A DNA stretch of 64,000 nt from an uncultured bacterium (GTDB lineage Bacteria > Patescibacteriota > Dojkabacteria > J137), in the NCBI GenBank assembly GCA_963700155.1, contig OY969472.1, positions 872,690-936,689 on the forward strand, in the 5' to 3' direction. Each line of letters begins with the position of its first letter. Position 1 is the stretch's first letter. Below, piece after piece: positions 1 to 9,418 of the stretch. The position numbers were made by a program, and so were the translations under genes. A model generated the notes under the pieces. The model saw nothing but the letters and a program-made list of their open reading frames with translations. It made no database searches and was not told the DNA's origin.

Positions 1-375
1 AGAGTTTGGGATGATCAGATTATTGAAAAGATTAAAAATCTTCAATCTAAAGGATTGAAGCTAATAGTATGTTGTCAGGATATTTCAGAAGCACAAAAAT
101 TATTATCAGCAAATCCTTATGCTATAGCTTACGAACCTCCGGATCTAATAGGTAGTGGTATTTCTGTAACTACAAGACCTGAAGTTGTAAAAGAGTTTGT
201 AGATATTGTTGGTGATAAATGTATTAGGATTATAGGTGCAGGTGTTTCAACTGCTGAGGATATAAAAACTGCTTTATCATTAGGAGCTCAAGGAGTTTTA
301 TTAGCTTCTGCTTTTGTTAAAGCAGAAAATCATTCAGTTAAACTGCAAGAATTACTCCAAGGTTTTAAAAGTTAA
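1..375 (+). CDS. tpiA: Triosephosphate isomerase, short archaeal-like type; 5' end lies before the window
   Basis: Frame open from base 1; AYEPPDLIGSG loop, GAGV and GVLLASA phosphate-binding motifs. Confidence 0.92.
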   Translation, partial: RVWDDQIIEKIKNLQSKGLKLIVCCQDISEAQKLLSANPYAIAYEPPDLIGSGISVTTRPEVVKEFVDIVGDKCIRIIGAGVSTAEDIKTALSLGAQGVLLASAFVKAENHSVKLQELLQGFKS

Positions 376-422
376 AAATGGAGTGTAAGATAATATTTAT
401 GATTATTTTTTAAAATAATTTA

Positions 423-1169
423 ATGGAAACTTCAAAAATAGAAAAGAATGGAAAAATTTTTATGGTCGCCTATGATCAAGGTCTGGAACATGGACCATCG
501 AAAGATTTTAATGAGACTAATGTAAATCCGGATTATATTTTAAAACTAGCAGTTGAAGGAAATGCAAGTTGTGTTGCCATGCAATATGGAATCGCAAAAA
601 GATTTTATACAGAAGAATATAAAAATAAGATTCCTTTAATTTTAAAATTGAATGGGAAAACAAAATTGAATTCAAAGAATTTTCTTGCAGCTAATATTGC
701 AAATATTGAAGATGCCTTAAGTCTTGGAGCCGTAGGAGTAGGTTTTACAATAAATCCGGGTCAGACTGATGAACAAATTGGGTATGAGAAATTTTCAGTT
801 TTAAGAAGAGAAGCTGAAAAAGCTGGACTGATTACAGTTTTGTGGTCCTATGCAAGAGGTCCAGAAATAACTGATCAGTTTTCTAAAGAAGTAGTATCTT
901 ACGCTGCTAGAGTTGGAGCAGAACTTGGGGCGGATGTTTTAAAAGTTAAATATACTGGAGATCCTGAAAGCTTCGCGTGGGCTGTAAAAAGTGCTGCTGG
1001 TACCAAAGTTATAGCATCAGGTACAGATAATTTCGGAGAAAATTATTTATCCGATTTAACTCGAATGCTTGAATCAGGTGCAAATGGACTGGCTGTAGGA
1101 AGGCACTTATGGCAAGATCCTGATGCTATAAACTTAGGTAAAAAAATTGCCGAAGTAATTTACAAATAA
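423..1169 (+). CDS. fba: Class I (DhnA/archaeal-type) fructose-bisphosphate aldolase
   Basis: AYDQGLEHGP, WSYARG, ELGADVLKVKY (Schiff-base Lys), AVGRHLWQ; directly follows tpi. Confidence 0.85.
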   Translation: METSKIEKNGKIFMVAYDQGLEHGPSKDFNETNVNPDYILKLAVEGNASCVAMQYGIAKRFYTEEYKNKIPLILKLNGKTKLNSKNFLAANIANIEDALSLGAVGVGFTINPGQTDEQIGYEKFSVLRREAEKAGLITVLWSYARGPEITDQFSKEVVSYAARVGAELGADVLKVKYTGDPESFAWAVKSAAGTKVIASGTDNFGENYLSDLTRMLESGANGLAVGRHLWQDPDAINLGKKIAEVIYK

Positions 1170-1195
1170 TTCATACATATTAAATAGTTTTGATT

Positions 1196-1774
1196 ATGAT
1201 TAAGTCAATAATCTCAGATTTTTCACGCACTATTTTATTTCCAAAAGATTTAGTAACTTCACTTGAACTAAATGGAATTCATAAAAGAGAGATAGCGAAT
1301 ATTAAAAATAAAAATGTTTATGAATTAAATAATGAAGATTTAAATTTAACTGAAAGTGTTTATCCTGCATATAATTTTTACATAATAAATCATCCATTAT
1401 TAAATTTATTTAGTAGTTTAAAACATCATAAAGAACTTAAGCTTTATGTCTTTACTAGTGGTTTTGTACAAACTCATCCGGATTTTAAGGAAGATTTAAG
1501 TATTTTTGATCAAATTGTAAGTATATCAGATCTGAATAATATTTCTAAAAGGGATTCAGAGTCATATAAATTGTTTTGTGAGAAATTTGATATTGTTCCA
1601 GAAGAAGCAATTTATATTGATAATGAGAAAGTTTGTCTTGATGCTGCAAGTCAAATTTATCTAAATACTATTCTTTTTCCTGAGATAAAAGCGTACACAA
1701 CAGAACAATTTAACGAAAAGTTGAGAGAAGCCACAGATAAAGTTAATGAAGAAATAACACATTTAATTAAATAA
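1196..1774 (+). CDS. HAD-superfamily hydrolase
   Basis: IISDFSRT (motif I variant), FTSG, K, YIDN (motif IV); ATG at 1196 preferred over TTG at 1190. Confidence 0.7.
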   Translation: MIKSIISDFSRTILFPKDLVTSLELNGIHKREIANIKNKNVYELNNEDLNLTESVYPAYNFYIINHPLLNLFSSLKHHKELKLYVFTSGFVQTHPDFKEDLSIFDQIVSISDLNNISKRDSESYKLFCEKFDIVPEEAIYIDNEKVCLDAASQIYLNTILFPEIKAYTTEQFNEKLREATDKVNEEITHLIK

Positions 1775-1791
1775 TTTTTAATAATTTAAAA

Positions 1792-2745
1792 ATGGACAAA
1801 ATTGTTCCATCACAAAGAGTAGTAATAATTGGTGCAGGGAATGTTGGCTCAACTGCAGCCTTCTCTATTCTTACTCAGGAGGTCGCAAATGAGATAATTT
1901 TAATTGATATTAATGAAGAGCTGGGGAAATCACAGGTTCTTGATATGCAAGATGCGGCTGATTTCACTCAAGGTGTGGAAGTAAGTTTCGGAAGTTATGA
2001 TGATTTAATCAATGGAGATGTTGTTGTTATTACCTGTGGGGCTGCACAGAAGGAAGGCCAGACTCGTTTGGATCTTTTGAATATTAATGCAAAGATAATC
2101 AGAGATGTGGTTTCAAAAATCAAAGCAACAGGTAAAATAGTTTATGTTTTAATGGTAACAAATCCAGTTGATATCTTAACTTATATAGCTGTTACCGAGT
2201 CTGGCCTTCCAAAAGGTATGGTATTTGGTAGCGGAACTTATCTAGATTCAGCGAGATTAAGAGTTTCTATTGCTGATGAACTTAATGTAAGTACTGCAAA
2301 TGTTCATGCATATATTTTAGGTGAACATGGGGATAGCTCATTTCCTGCAATTAGTGGTGGAAACATTGCAGGTATAAAACTTGAGAAATTTTATCAGATA
2401 AATGATGAACTTTATGATAGGATAACTGAAAAAGTTAGAGACAAAGCTTACGATATAATAAATGGGAAAGGTGCTACATATTATGGAATTGGATCAGCAG
2501 TAGCTAGAATTGTTAAATCAATAATTAACAATGATAAGAGAATTGCACCGGTAAGTATAATGTTAAATGGTGAATATGGATTGAGTGATTTATCTATAGG
2601 AGTTCCGGCAATGATTGACTCTGAAGGAGCAAAAATTATAGGTGAAATAAGTTTGAATGATAAAGAAAGAGAAATGTTAAATAAATCAGCTGAGATAATA
2701 AAAGAAAATATTTCACATATTAATAATAGTAGTGATGGAATATAA
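1792..2745 (+). CDS. ldh: L-lactate dehydrogenase
   Basis: GAGNVG Rossmann motif, GAAQKEGQTRLDL (LDH-type Gln), NPVD, LDSAR, GEHGDS, KGATYYGIG. Confidence 0.93.
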   Translation: MDKIVPSQRVVIIGAGNVGSTAAFSILTQEVANEIILIDINEELGKSQVLDMQDAADFTQGVEVSFGSYDDLINGDVVVITCGAAQKEGQTRLDLLNINAKIIRDVVSKIKATGKIVYVLMVTNPVDILTYIAVTESGLPKGMVFGSGTYLDSARLRVSIADELNVSTANVHAYILGEHGDSSFPAISGGNIAGIKLEKFYQINDELYDRITEKVRDKAYDIINGKGATYYGIGSAVARIVKSIINNDKRIAPVSIMLNGEYGLSDLSIGVPAMIDSEGAKIIGEISLNDKEREMLNKSAEIIKENISHINNSSDGI

Positions 2746-4096
2746 AATTGTTGTTATTGGTTCTGGCCCTGGAGGATACACCGCAGCAATTCGAGCAGCG
2801 CAATTAGGCGCAAAGGTTGCAATTATTGAGAAAGATTTAATTGGAGGAATCTGTACGAATTGGGGCTGTACTCCAAGCAAGGCAATGATAACATCTGCTA
2901 AGTATGCAAAGATGGTAAGGGAATCTGAACATTACGGAGTTGAACATAACGGAATTACAAATATAGATTTTCAAAAAGTTGCTGCAAGAAGAGATGTAAT
3001 TATGCAAAGATCGAGAGAGGATATTAAAGAGTTATTAGAATATTGGAAAGTAGAAATTATTCAAGGATATGGTGAGATAAACGATAATAATCATGTAAAG
3101 GTTGGTGATAAAATTTTAGAGACTGAAAATATAATAATTGCTACTGGTTCACAGCCTTTGATTCCAAAATTTTTAAATCAAGAGGATCCTTCAATAATAA
3201 ATAGCAATAAATTAATAACTATAAAAGAACTTCCAAAGGAATTAACAATAGTTGGAGGAGGAATAATCGGTTTAGAATTCTCTACTCTTTTTGCTCAACT
3301 TGGAACAAAAGTAAGAATAATTGAATTGCTTGATAGATGTGTTTCTATGATGTGCCCTGAAGTATCGGGTTATATTGAAGAAGAATTAAAAAAGTTAGGA
3401 GTTAAAGTTTTGACTGATAATAAAGTTCTTAGTATTAATAATGGAGTTATTAAAGTTCAAGATACCAAAACTAATGAGGAAGAGGAAATTAGATCAGATA
3501 TGAATTTAATTGCGATAGGCAGAAAAGCTGTTATGAATTCCCCAGAATTTGATAGGCTAGGAATCTCGTATAATCCAAAAGGAGTTGATGTTGATGATTC
3601 AATGAGAACAAATATTGAAAATATTTATGCTGTAGGAGATGCAACTGGGAAAAGTATTTTAGCGCATGTTGCAATGCAGCAAGGTTTAACTGCAGCTGAA
3701 AATATTATGGGTATGGATACAAAAATGGATTATAGTGTGATTCCAGCTGTAGTTTATTCGATTCCAGAAATTTCATCAGTTGGAACAGTACCTGAAGACT
3801 TGGCTGGAATTAAGGTTGTGAAATTTCCATTTACTACTAATTTGCGAGCAATGATTGAGGAGCATGATAAAGGATTTGTAAAAATGTGGATTAAAGAAGA
3901 TCTAAAAAGCATTGTTGCTGTTCAGATTGTGCATGAAAATGCGGGTGAGCTGATTCAATACTACGCAGATATAATTAAAAATAATATAAAGCTTGAAGAT
4001 ATCATAAATACTATTCACGCTCACCCAACATATAGTGAAGTTGTAAGAAATTCGCTTGAATTTGTGCTTGGGGTGTCAACTTCTTATTTCGAATAA
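2735..4096 (+). CDS. lpdA: Dihydrolipoamide dehydrogenase-family flavoprotein
   Basis: GSGPGG, GGICTNWGCTPSK redox disulfide, GGGIIGLE, C-terminal HAHPTYSE; overlaps the ldh stop. Confidence 0.88.
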   Translation: MEYKIVVIGSGPGGYTAAIRAAQLGAKVAIIEKDLIGGICTNWGCTPSKAMITSAKYAKMVRESEHYGVEHNGITNIDFQKVAARRDVIMQRSREDIKELLEYWKVEIIQGYGEINDNNHVKVGDKILETENIIIATGSQPLIPKFLNQEDPSIINSNKLITIKELPKELTIVGGGIIGLEFSTLFAQLGTKVRIIELLDRCVSMMCPEVSGYIEEELKKLGVKVLTDNKVLSINNGVIKVQDTKTNEEEEIRSDMNLIAIGRKAVMNSPEFDRLGISYNPKGVDVDDSMRTNIENIYAVGDATGKSILAHVAMQQGLTAAENIMGMDTKMDYSVIPAVVYSIPEISSVGTVPEDLAGIKVVKFPFTTNLRAMIEEHDKGFVKMWIKEDLKSIVAVQIVHENAGELIQYYADIIKNNIKLEDIINTIHAHPTYSEVVRNSLEFVLGVSTSYFE

Positions 4097-4098
4097 TC

Positions 4099-4371
4099 TT
4101 AATCTTGTATGTTTCTTTGTAAATCAATAGCAGATAAATTTGCTTTTAAGCTTAATGCGCCTAATATAGCTTTAGCTGTATCATTTCCTAAAAAGTCAGT
4201 TTCTTTTAACAAGTCGTTAATCGACCCATGATCTAAATAGTCTTGAAAAGCCAAAACAAGATCATTAGCTAAAATAGGATCTGCAGAATTCTAGATTAGA
4301 GTAAATAAATCTTCATCAATTACTAACTGATCACTTTGTGGTTGCGCATCTAGCATAGGTGGAATATTCAT
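4099..4371 (-). pseudogene. Unannotated 90-codon orphan ORF with one in-frame TAG at 4291-4293
   Basis: Manual translation MNIPPMLDAQPQSDQLVIDEDLFTLI*NSADPILANDLVLAFQDYLDHGSINDLLKETDFLGNDTAKAILGALSLKANLSAIDLQRNIQD; fills the lpdA-murB gap; TAAAAT upstream. Confidence 0.6.
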
Positions 4372-4424
4372 TTATACTAAGGTAATGAATATTGTCAGAT
4401 TTTAACTTGATTTGTCCAAAAAAA

Positions 4425-5453
4425 TCAAACAACGTTTACTTCCGGAATAAGATCTATATTGAATTTTTCTTTAACCGATTTCTGAATATTAGTAGTGAGT
4501 GAAAGTATCTCATCTCCAGAAGATTCATCGTAATTAACGGGAATTAACGCATGTTTTGGGTAGATTCCAAATCTATTACCTTCTGACATCCACCCTTTCC
4601 ATCCTTGTTTCTCAATTAACCAACCAGCAGGAATCTTTACAGTAGTTTCTGTATATGGATAATTTGGGATCTCAGGAAATTTATTTTTAAGTTCATTATA
4701 TTTTTCAACAGTCACAATTGGATTTTTAAAAAAACTTCCTGCAGTTCCTACTTCTTTTACATCAGGCAGTTTCCTAGTTCTAATTTGTATAACCGCATTC
4801 CGAATTTCTTTTATTGTAATTTGCTGTCCAGCATTTTTTAAGGCTTCTAATTCTTTTTCAACTTCTGCATAAGAAGTATTTAATTCTGGATTTTTTGTTA
4901 ATTTAAATGCAACAGATGTGACAATATATTTATTTTTAAATTCGTTTTTAAAGATTGAATCTCTATATGCAAATTTGCATTGCGGGTTGGAAAATCTTTC
5001 TTCATGTGCTGTTTCCAAATTTATTGCATTTACATATTCAATAGTATCCTTGGCTTCTGCTCCATATGCTCCAATATTTTGGACTGGTGATGCTCCAACC
5101 TCTCCTGGAATATATGAAAGATTTTCCAACCCGCCTAAATTTTTATTAACAAAAAATTCTACTGTCTTATCCCAATCTTCTCCTGCTGAGACTTCATATA
5201 TTGAATAATTATCATTATCTTCTTTTAATTCTTTACCTTGCAGATTAATTTTTATTACAATACCATCAAAATCTTTTGTAAAAAGTGTGTTGCTTCCACC
5301 CCCTAATATATAGAAATTATTATCTTTCAAATGACCTTCAGTTATTAATTCTTTAAGATCGGTTATTGAATTTATCTCAACAAATTCTTTAGCGTTTATA
5401 TTGATTCTAAATGTATTGTAATTTTTTAAAGAAAAATCTTTTTGGATTGTCAT
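4425..5453 (-). CDS. murB: UDP-N-acetylenolpyruvoylglucosamine reductase (long type)
   Basis: LGGGSN, IPGEVGASPVQNIGAYG, YRDSIFK, GTAGSFFKNP, KHAL, EVN. Confidence 0.95.
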   Translation of the reverse strand: MTIQKDFSLKNYNTFRININAKEFVEINSITDLKELITEGHLKDNNFYILGGGSNTLFTKDFDGIVIKINLQGKELKEDNDNYSIYEVSAGEDWDKTVEFFVNKNLGGLENLSYIPGEVGASPVQNIGAYGAEAKDTIEYVNAINLETAHEERFSNPQCKFAYRDSIFKNEFKNKYIVTSVAFKLTKNPELNTSYAEVEKELEALKNAGQQITIKEIRNAVIQIRTRKLPDVKEVGTAGSFFKNPIVTVEKYNELKNKFPEIPNYPYTETTVKIPAGWLIEKQGWKGWMSEGNRFGIYPKHALIPVNYDESSGDEILSLTTNIQKSVKEKFNIDLIPEVNVV

Positions 5454-5580
5454 ATTTGAATGTTTAATATTATACGAATTCTACCTATTCTGTACTTTTA
5501 AATCAAAGGGTAATAGTGGTAACTTTGTTTTTTATGCCTAATTATTCTACACTGATATAGATACTTATTAAATTCAGCTA

Positions 5581-6414
5581 ATGCAAAATTCTTCTAAAAA
5601 TAAAAAAATAATTATAATAATTATAGTTGCTTTGCTTTTAATTTTACTTTGCGTTGCATTTTCAGTTATTGGTCTTTTAATTTATAGAAACTATTTAGAT
5701 ACCCAGGCGGAAAATCAAATCTCAAATCAAAATAATGTTGAAAATAATCAGCCGGCTAGTTCACCCCAAGTCTCGATGCAGGAATATAGTGTAGTTTCTA
5801 AAAATTTAACTAAAGATGGAGCTACGTATAGTATTAATATAAATTATCCTCAAGTAACTGGGTTGAATAATTCAATTGAACAAGGAATCAATAAAATAGT
5901 TCTGGATTATGTTAATACTACCTCAAATAACTTGATTAGTGATAGTGTTGCCGATACTACAGCTGTTGGAGCTTATAATTTATCTTTTAATTTTACTGTT
6001 GAATATAAATCTAAGAATTTATTAAGCATATTAATGAAAGGTGATGAATATACAGGTGGTGCTCATCCAAGTCCAATTATTGTTACTTATAATTTTGATA
6101 TGAATAACGGGGATGAATTAACTTTGAATGAAGTATTTGCTTCAGGATCATCATATTTAAATACTTTATCAAGCTTATCAAATACAATGTTGGTTGATTC
6201 ATTAGGAGTTGATGATAAAGATTTTATTGATGGAGGTACAACTCCAACTGTTGATAATTTTAAAAACTTTAATTTTACTGATACTGGTTTCAAAATTACA
6301 TTTGATGCATATCAAGTTGCTCCTTATGTTAATGGTACGCCAGATATAACAATTAAGTATTTAGATATAAAAGGTGTTATGAATACCAAAATAACAAGTT
6401 ACTTAGGAGTTTAA
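5581..6414 (+). CDS. Membrane-anchored DUF4163/DUF3298 (RsiV/PdaC-like) protein
   Basis: N-terminal TM helix; YPQV, YTGGAHP, FDAYQVAPYVNG motifs. Confidence 0.8.
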   Translation: MQNSSKNKKIIIIIIVALLLILLCVAFSVIGLLIYRNYLDTQAENQISNQNNVENNQPASSPQVSMQEYSVVSKNLTKDGATYSININYPQVTGLNNSIEQGINKIVLDYVNTTSNNLISDSVADTTAVGAYNLSFNFTVEYKSKNLLSILMKGDEYTGGAHPSPIIVTYNFDMNNGDELTLNEVFASGSSYLNTLSSLSNTMLVDSLGVDDKDFIDGGTTPTVDNFKNFNFTDTGFKITFDAYQVAPYVNGTPDITIKYLDIKGVMNTKITSYLGV

Positions 6415-6429
6415 TTTTTCAAAATTAGT

Positions 6430-7509
6430 TTATTCACCAAGAAAGATTCCCAGCTTCTTTGCAGTTTTGTAAACTATTGAGCTTTGAGTTACAACTTTTA
6501 ATTTTTTGACGGCATCACTTATATGGACATATTCAATCTCATCTCCTCGTAATGCTACCATATGATTAAATTTACCTGCTTTTACTGCATCTATTGCAGC
6601 AACACCATAAGATTTTGCTAAGTTCCTATCAATCGCATTAGGGGTTCCACCTCTTTGAATATGTCCTAGGACTACATTTCTCATTTCAAATTCTTTCGGA
6701 GCAAGTTTTTCAATATTTATCATAATTTCTTGACTTATTCCGCCTAATTTTATTTCTGCGTCTTTCATTGATTTACCTACAACATGCCCATCTTTAGCTT
6801 TTGCACCTTCAGAAACAACTACAATTGAATAATCTCTCCCAATAGTTTTTCTCCATCTTAAAAATTTTAAAAGTTCAGTATATGTAAATTCAACTTCCGG
6901 GAGAAGAATTGCATCAGCTCCACCAGCTAGGCCTGAGTATAAAGCTATCCACCCTGCATGTCTTCCCATTGTTTCTACAAACATTATTCTGTCATGACTG
7001 ACTGCAGTTGTATGAATTCTATCTAATGCATCTACTGCTATACTTACAGCTGTGTTGAATCCAAAAGTTTCATCAGTTGCTTCTAAATCATTATCAATAC
7101 TTTTTGGAACACCAACAAGATTTACACCTTTTTCGGCAACTTGTAGTGCTCCTGTAAGTGTTCCATCCCCACCAATCACTATAAGAGCTTCGACTTCTAG
7201 TTTCTCAAGATTTTCTTTTACTAAATTTAAAATATCATTAGGAATTTTATGTACTTTCCCCTCTCCGACTTTTGCATCAAACTTCCCTCGATTTGTTGTA
7301 TGAAGAATTGTTCCACCGATATTACTTATTCCACGAACTGTATTGGTATCTAGTTCCATGTATTTCATTTCAAGAACTCCTTCCCAACTTTTTTCAAATC
7401 CTATAAATTTATATCCAAGTTTTGAGCCATAGGTTACTGCAGACGCGATAACTGCATTCATCCCTTGTACATCTCCGCCTCCGCATAAAATTCCGATTTT
7501 CTTAAACAT
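6430..7509 (-). CDS. pfkA: 6-phosphofructokinase (PfkA family, probably ATP-dependent)
   Basis: GGGDVQGMN, GGTIL, IGGDGT (Gly, ATP-type), PKSIDND, MGRHAG, LGHIQRGG. Confidence 0.92.
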   Translation of the reverse strand: MFKKIGILCGGGDVQGMNAVIASAVTYGSKLGYKFIGFEKSWEGVLEMKYMELDTNTVRGISNIGGTILHTTNRGKFDAKVGEGKVHKIPNDILNLVKENLEKLEVEALIVIGGDGTLTGALQVAEKGVNLVGVPKSIDNDLEATDETFGFNTAVSIAVDALDRIHTTAVSHDRIMFVETMGRHAGWIALYSGLAGGADAILLPEVEFTYTELLKFLRWRKTIGRDYSIVVVSEGAKAKDGHVVGKSMKDAEIKLGGISQEIMINIEKLAPKEFEMRNVVLGHIQRGGTPNAIDRNLAKSYGVAAIDAVKAGKFNHMVALRGDEIEYVHISDAVKKLKVVTQSSIVYKTAKKLGIFLGE

Positions 7510-7539
7510 GTGATATTTTTATGAATAATTTACAAGTTC

Positions 7540-7568
7540 ATTTTAGTATTTGGGAGTGGAAGATACAA
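7540..7568 (-). promoter_or_regulatory. sigma70-type promoter of pfkA
   Basis: TTGTAT-17 nt-TAAAAT on the minus strand. Confidence 0.55.
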
Positions 7569-7581
7569 GAAGAAAGTCAAA

Positions 7582-8163
7582 TCAACTCGCATCTAAATTT
7601 TTCTCTACAAGATAATAAATTACATCCTCATCTGGCATCTCACCTTTAACAAAATATTTATTATCCTCATAATATTTTAGTAAATAATCGTTCCTTGTAT
7701 CAAAGCGAATATAGCGTATATTATGTGCTCTTGCATAATCCTCAGTCATTTCGATTAGTTTTTTACCAAGTTTTTTCCCTTGATATTCAGGTAGTATTGC
7801 AAGAGCACTTCTATAAAATACTTCTTTACTTTCAGGTTCAGAAAAATTTTTTACATAGTCTACAGCTAAACCTTCAGGTCCATCTTCGTTATTCTGGTAA
7901 TATTCTGGTGGAACATTTGAAAGTGAAACTGTCCCAACAGCAATATTATCAACATACAAAATAAATACTTTCCCTTCTTCGAACTTGTGCCTTAATTTTT
8001 CAGGTGAATCATAATAATTAATCCAATGATCTTTTCCCTTATTATTCATATCAATCGCGCATGTATGAATTATTCTGAAGACTTCATCAATTTGAGAGAT
8101 ATCAACTTCTTTAAATTTGATATCTCCAATAATATCTATAGGTTTTGGAATGTTAGAATTCAT
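7582..8163 (-). CDS. GNAT-family N-acetyltransferase
   Basis: LAILPEYQGKKLGKKL motif A, LLKYYEDNKY motif B; ATGA overlap with the beta-subunit stop. Confidence 0.85.
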   Translation of the reverse strand: MNSNIPKPIDIIGDIKFKEVDISQIDEVFRIIHTCAIDMNNKGKDHWINYYDSPEKLRHKFEEGKVFILYVDNIAVGTVSLSNVPPEYYQNNEDGPEGLAVDYVKNFSEPESKEVFYRSALAILPEYQGKKLGKKLIEMTEDYARAHNIRYIRFDTRNDYLLKYYEDNKYFVKGEMPDEDVIYYLVEKNLDAS

Positions 8164-9068
8164 ACATATTTTTGTAATAAACGACTTACATCTTGTCTTC
8201 TTACTTCTTCTTTGAGAGTGAATTTATTTTTTCTATACTCAAGTCTTTGAAGATAACTTGGATGATTATCATTTTTATACAAAACTCCAGTAGCGATATT
8301 TTCAGACATATCAGAAGCAATTTTTCTTGCAGCTTCCAAATCTGTAATTTTGTATGATGAATTTTCTTTTATATCTTTTACTCTATCTAGGTACCATTCA
8401 TGTGTTGTCTCATGATTGTAAGTTGGACACGATTGCAAAATATCAACATAAGCAAATCCTTTCTCTTGAAACATAATTGCTTCTTTAAAAATTTCCACTA
8501 GTTGTTTTATATTCCCGCTGAATCCTCTGGCTACAAAAGCAGGATCAAGTGAGAGAGCTAATTCCAGAGGATTCAGCGTGTCCCACATTGGTCCATCTGG
8601 ACTTGCAGTTCTTACAGCTCCTTGTGGAGTTGTGGCAGTAGCTTGCCCTTTTGTTAAACCATAGTCTCCATTGTCATGAACTAAAAGTGTTATTGGATAA
8701 TTATTTCTGAATGAATTTATAAAATGATTTAATCCTTCTGAATAAGTTGCTCCATCTCCTGCAAACGCAATAACTTTTACATTTGGATTCGCAAGTTTTG
8801 CTCCTTGTGCTAATGGTATTACTCTTCCATGAAGTGAATGAATTCTATATCCTTTGATTTTGTCGCTCATATTGCCATTACATCCGATATCAAAGCAGAA
8901 TAATACTTCATGTGTTGAGATTTCAAGTTCTACTAATGCTCTTTTTATTGCAGCCCAAATTGCATAATCCCCACACCCACTACACCATGTTGGCTGTGTT
9001 TCACTAAAGTAATCACTTACTTTTACATTTCCGGATTCATAATTGTAGTTGGGTGTACAGCAAGACAT
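8160..9068 (-). CDS. korB: 2-oxoacid:ferredoxin oxidoreductase beta subunit (TPP-binding; substrate unproven)
   Basis: WCSGCGD, DIGC, SLHGR, GDGA, DNGDYGLTKGQ, QSCPTYN. Confidence 0.92.
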   Translation of the reverse strand: MSCCTPNYNYESGNVKVSDYFSETQPTWCSGCGDYAIWAAIKRALVELEISTHEVLFCFDIGCNGNMSDKIKGYRIHSLHGRVIPLAQGAKLANPNVKVIAFAGDGATYSEGLNHFINSFRNNYPITLLVHDNGDYGLTKGQATATTPQGAVRTASPDGPMWDTLNPLELALSLDPAFVARGFSGNIKQLVEIFKEAIMFQEKGFAYVDILQSCPTYNHETTHEWYLDRVKDIKENSSYKITDLEAARKIASDMSENIATGVLYKNDNHPSYLQRLEYRKNKFTLKEEVRRQDVSRLLQKYV

Positions 9069-9077
9069 ATTTGATAA

Positions 9078-9401
9078 TTAAACAGTTAAAGTTGGTGGAT
9101 TAATTAAATAATTTAATTGTGTAAAAGAATTTAATAATATAAATACTACAAAAAGTATGAAACTTAAAAACAATAAAATATTTAAGACACGAAATAACGA
9201 TTTATAACGTTCATTTAATTGAGAATGAATTAATATACTAAGAGCTAACAAAAAAAATCCAAGAGATAAATTAATAAAGTCTTGAGAATTAAATTGAGCA
9301 TCTATAGGATATTTTGTTTTGTAAGCTAGGGATAATAATGAATTTATAAACAAAAATAATCCCGTTACAGCCAACAGTATTGAAATATATAATTTTCGCA
9401 T
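9078..9401 (-). CDS. Small membrane protein (3 predicted TM) between the oxidoreductase subunits
   Basis: Three hydrophobic stretches; 9-nt and 17-nt gaps to neighbours. Confidence 0.65.
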   Translation of the reverse strand: MRKLYISILLAVTGLFLFINSLLSLAYKTKYPIDAQFNSQDFINLSLGFFLLALSILIHSQLNERYKSLFRVLNILLFLSFILFVVFILLNSFTQLNYLINPPTLTV

Positions 9402-9418
9402 TTATCCTTAAATAATAA

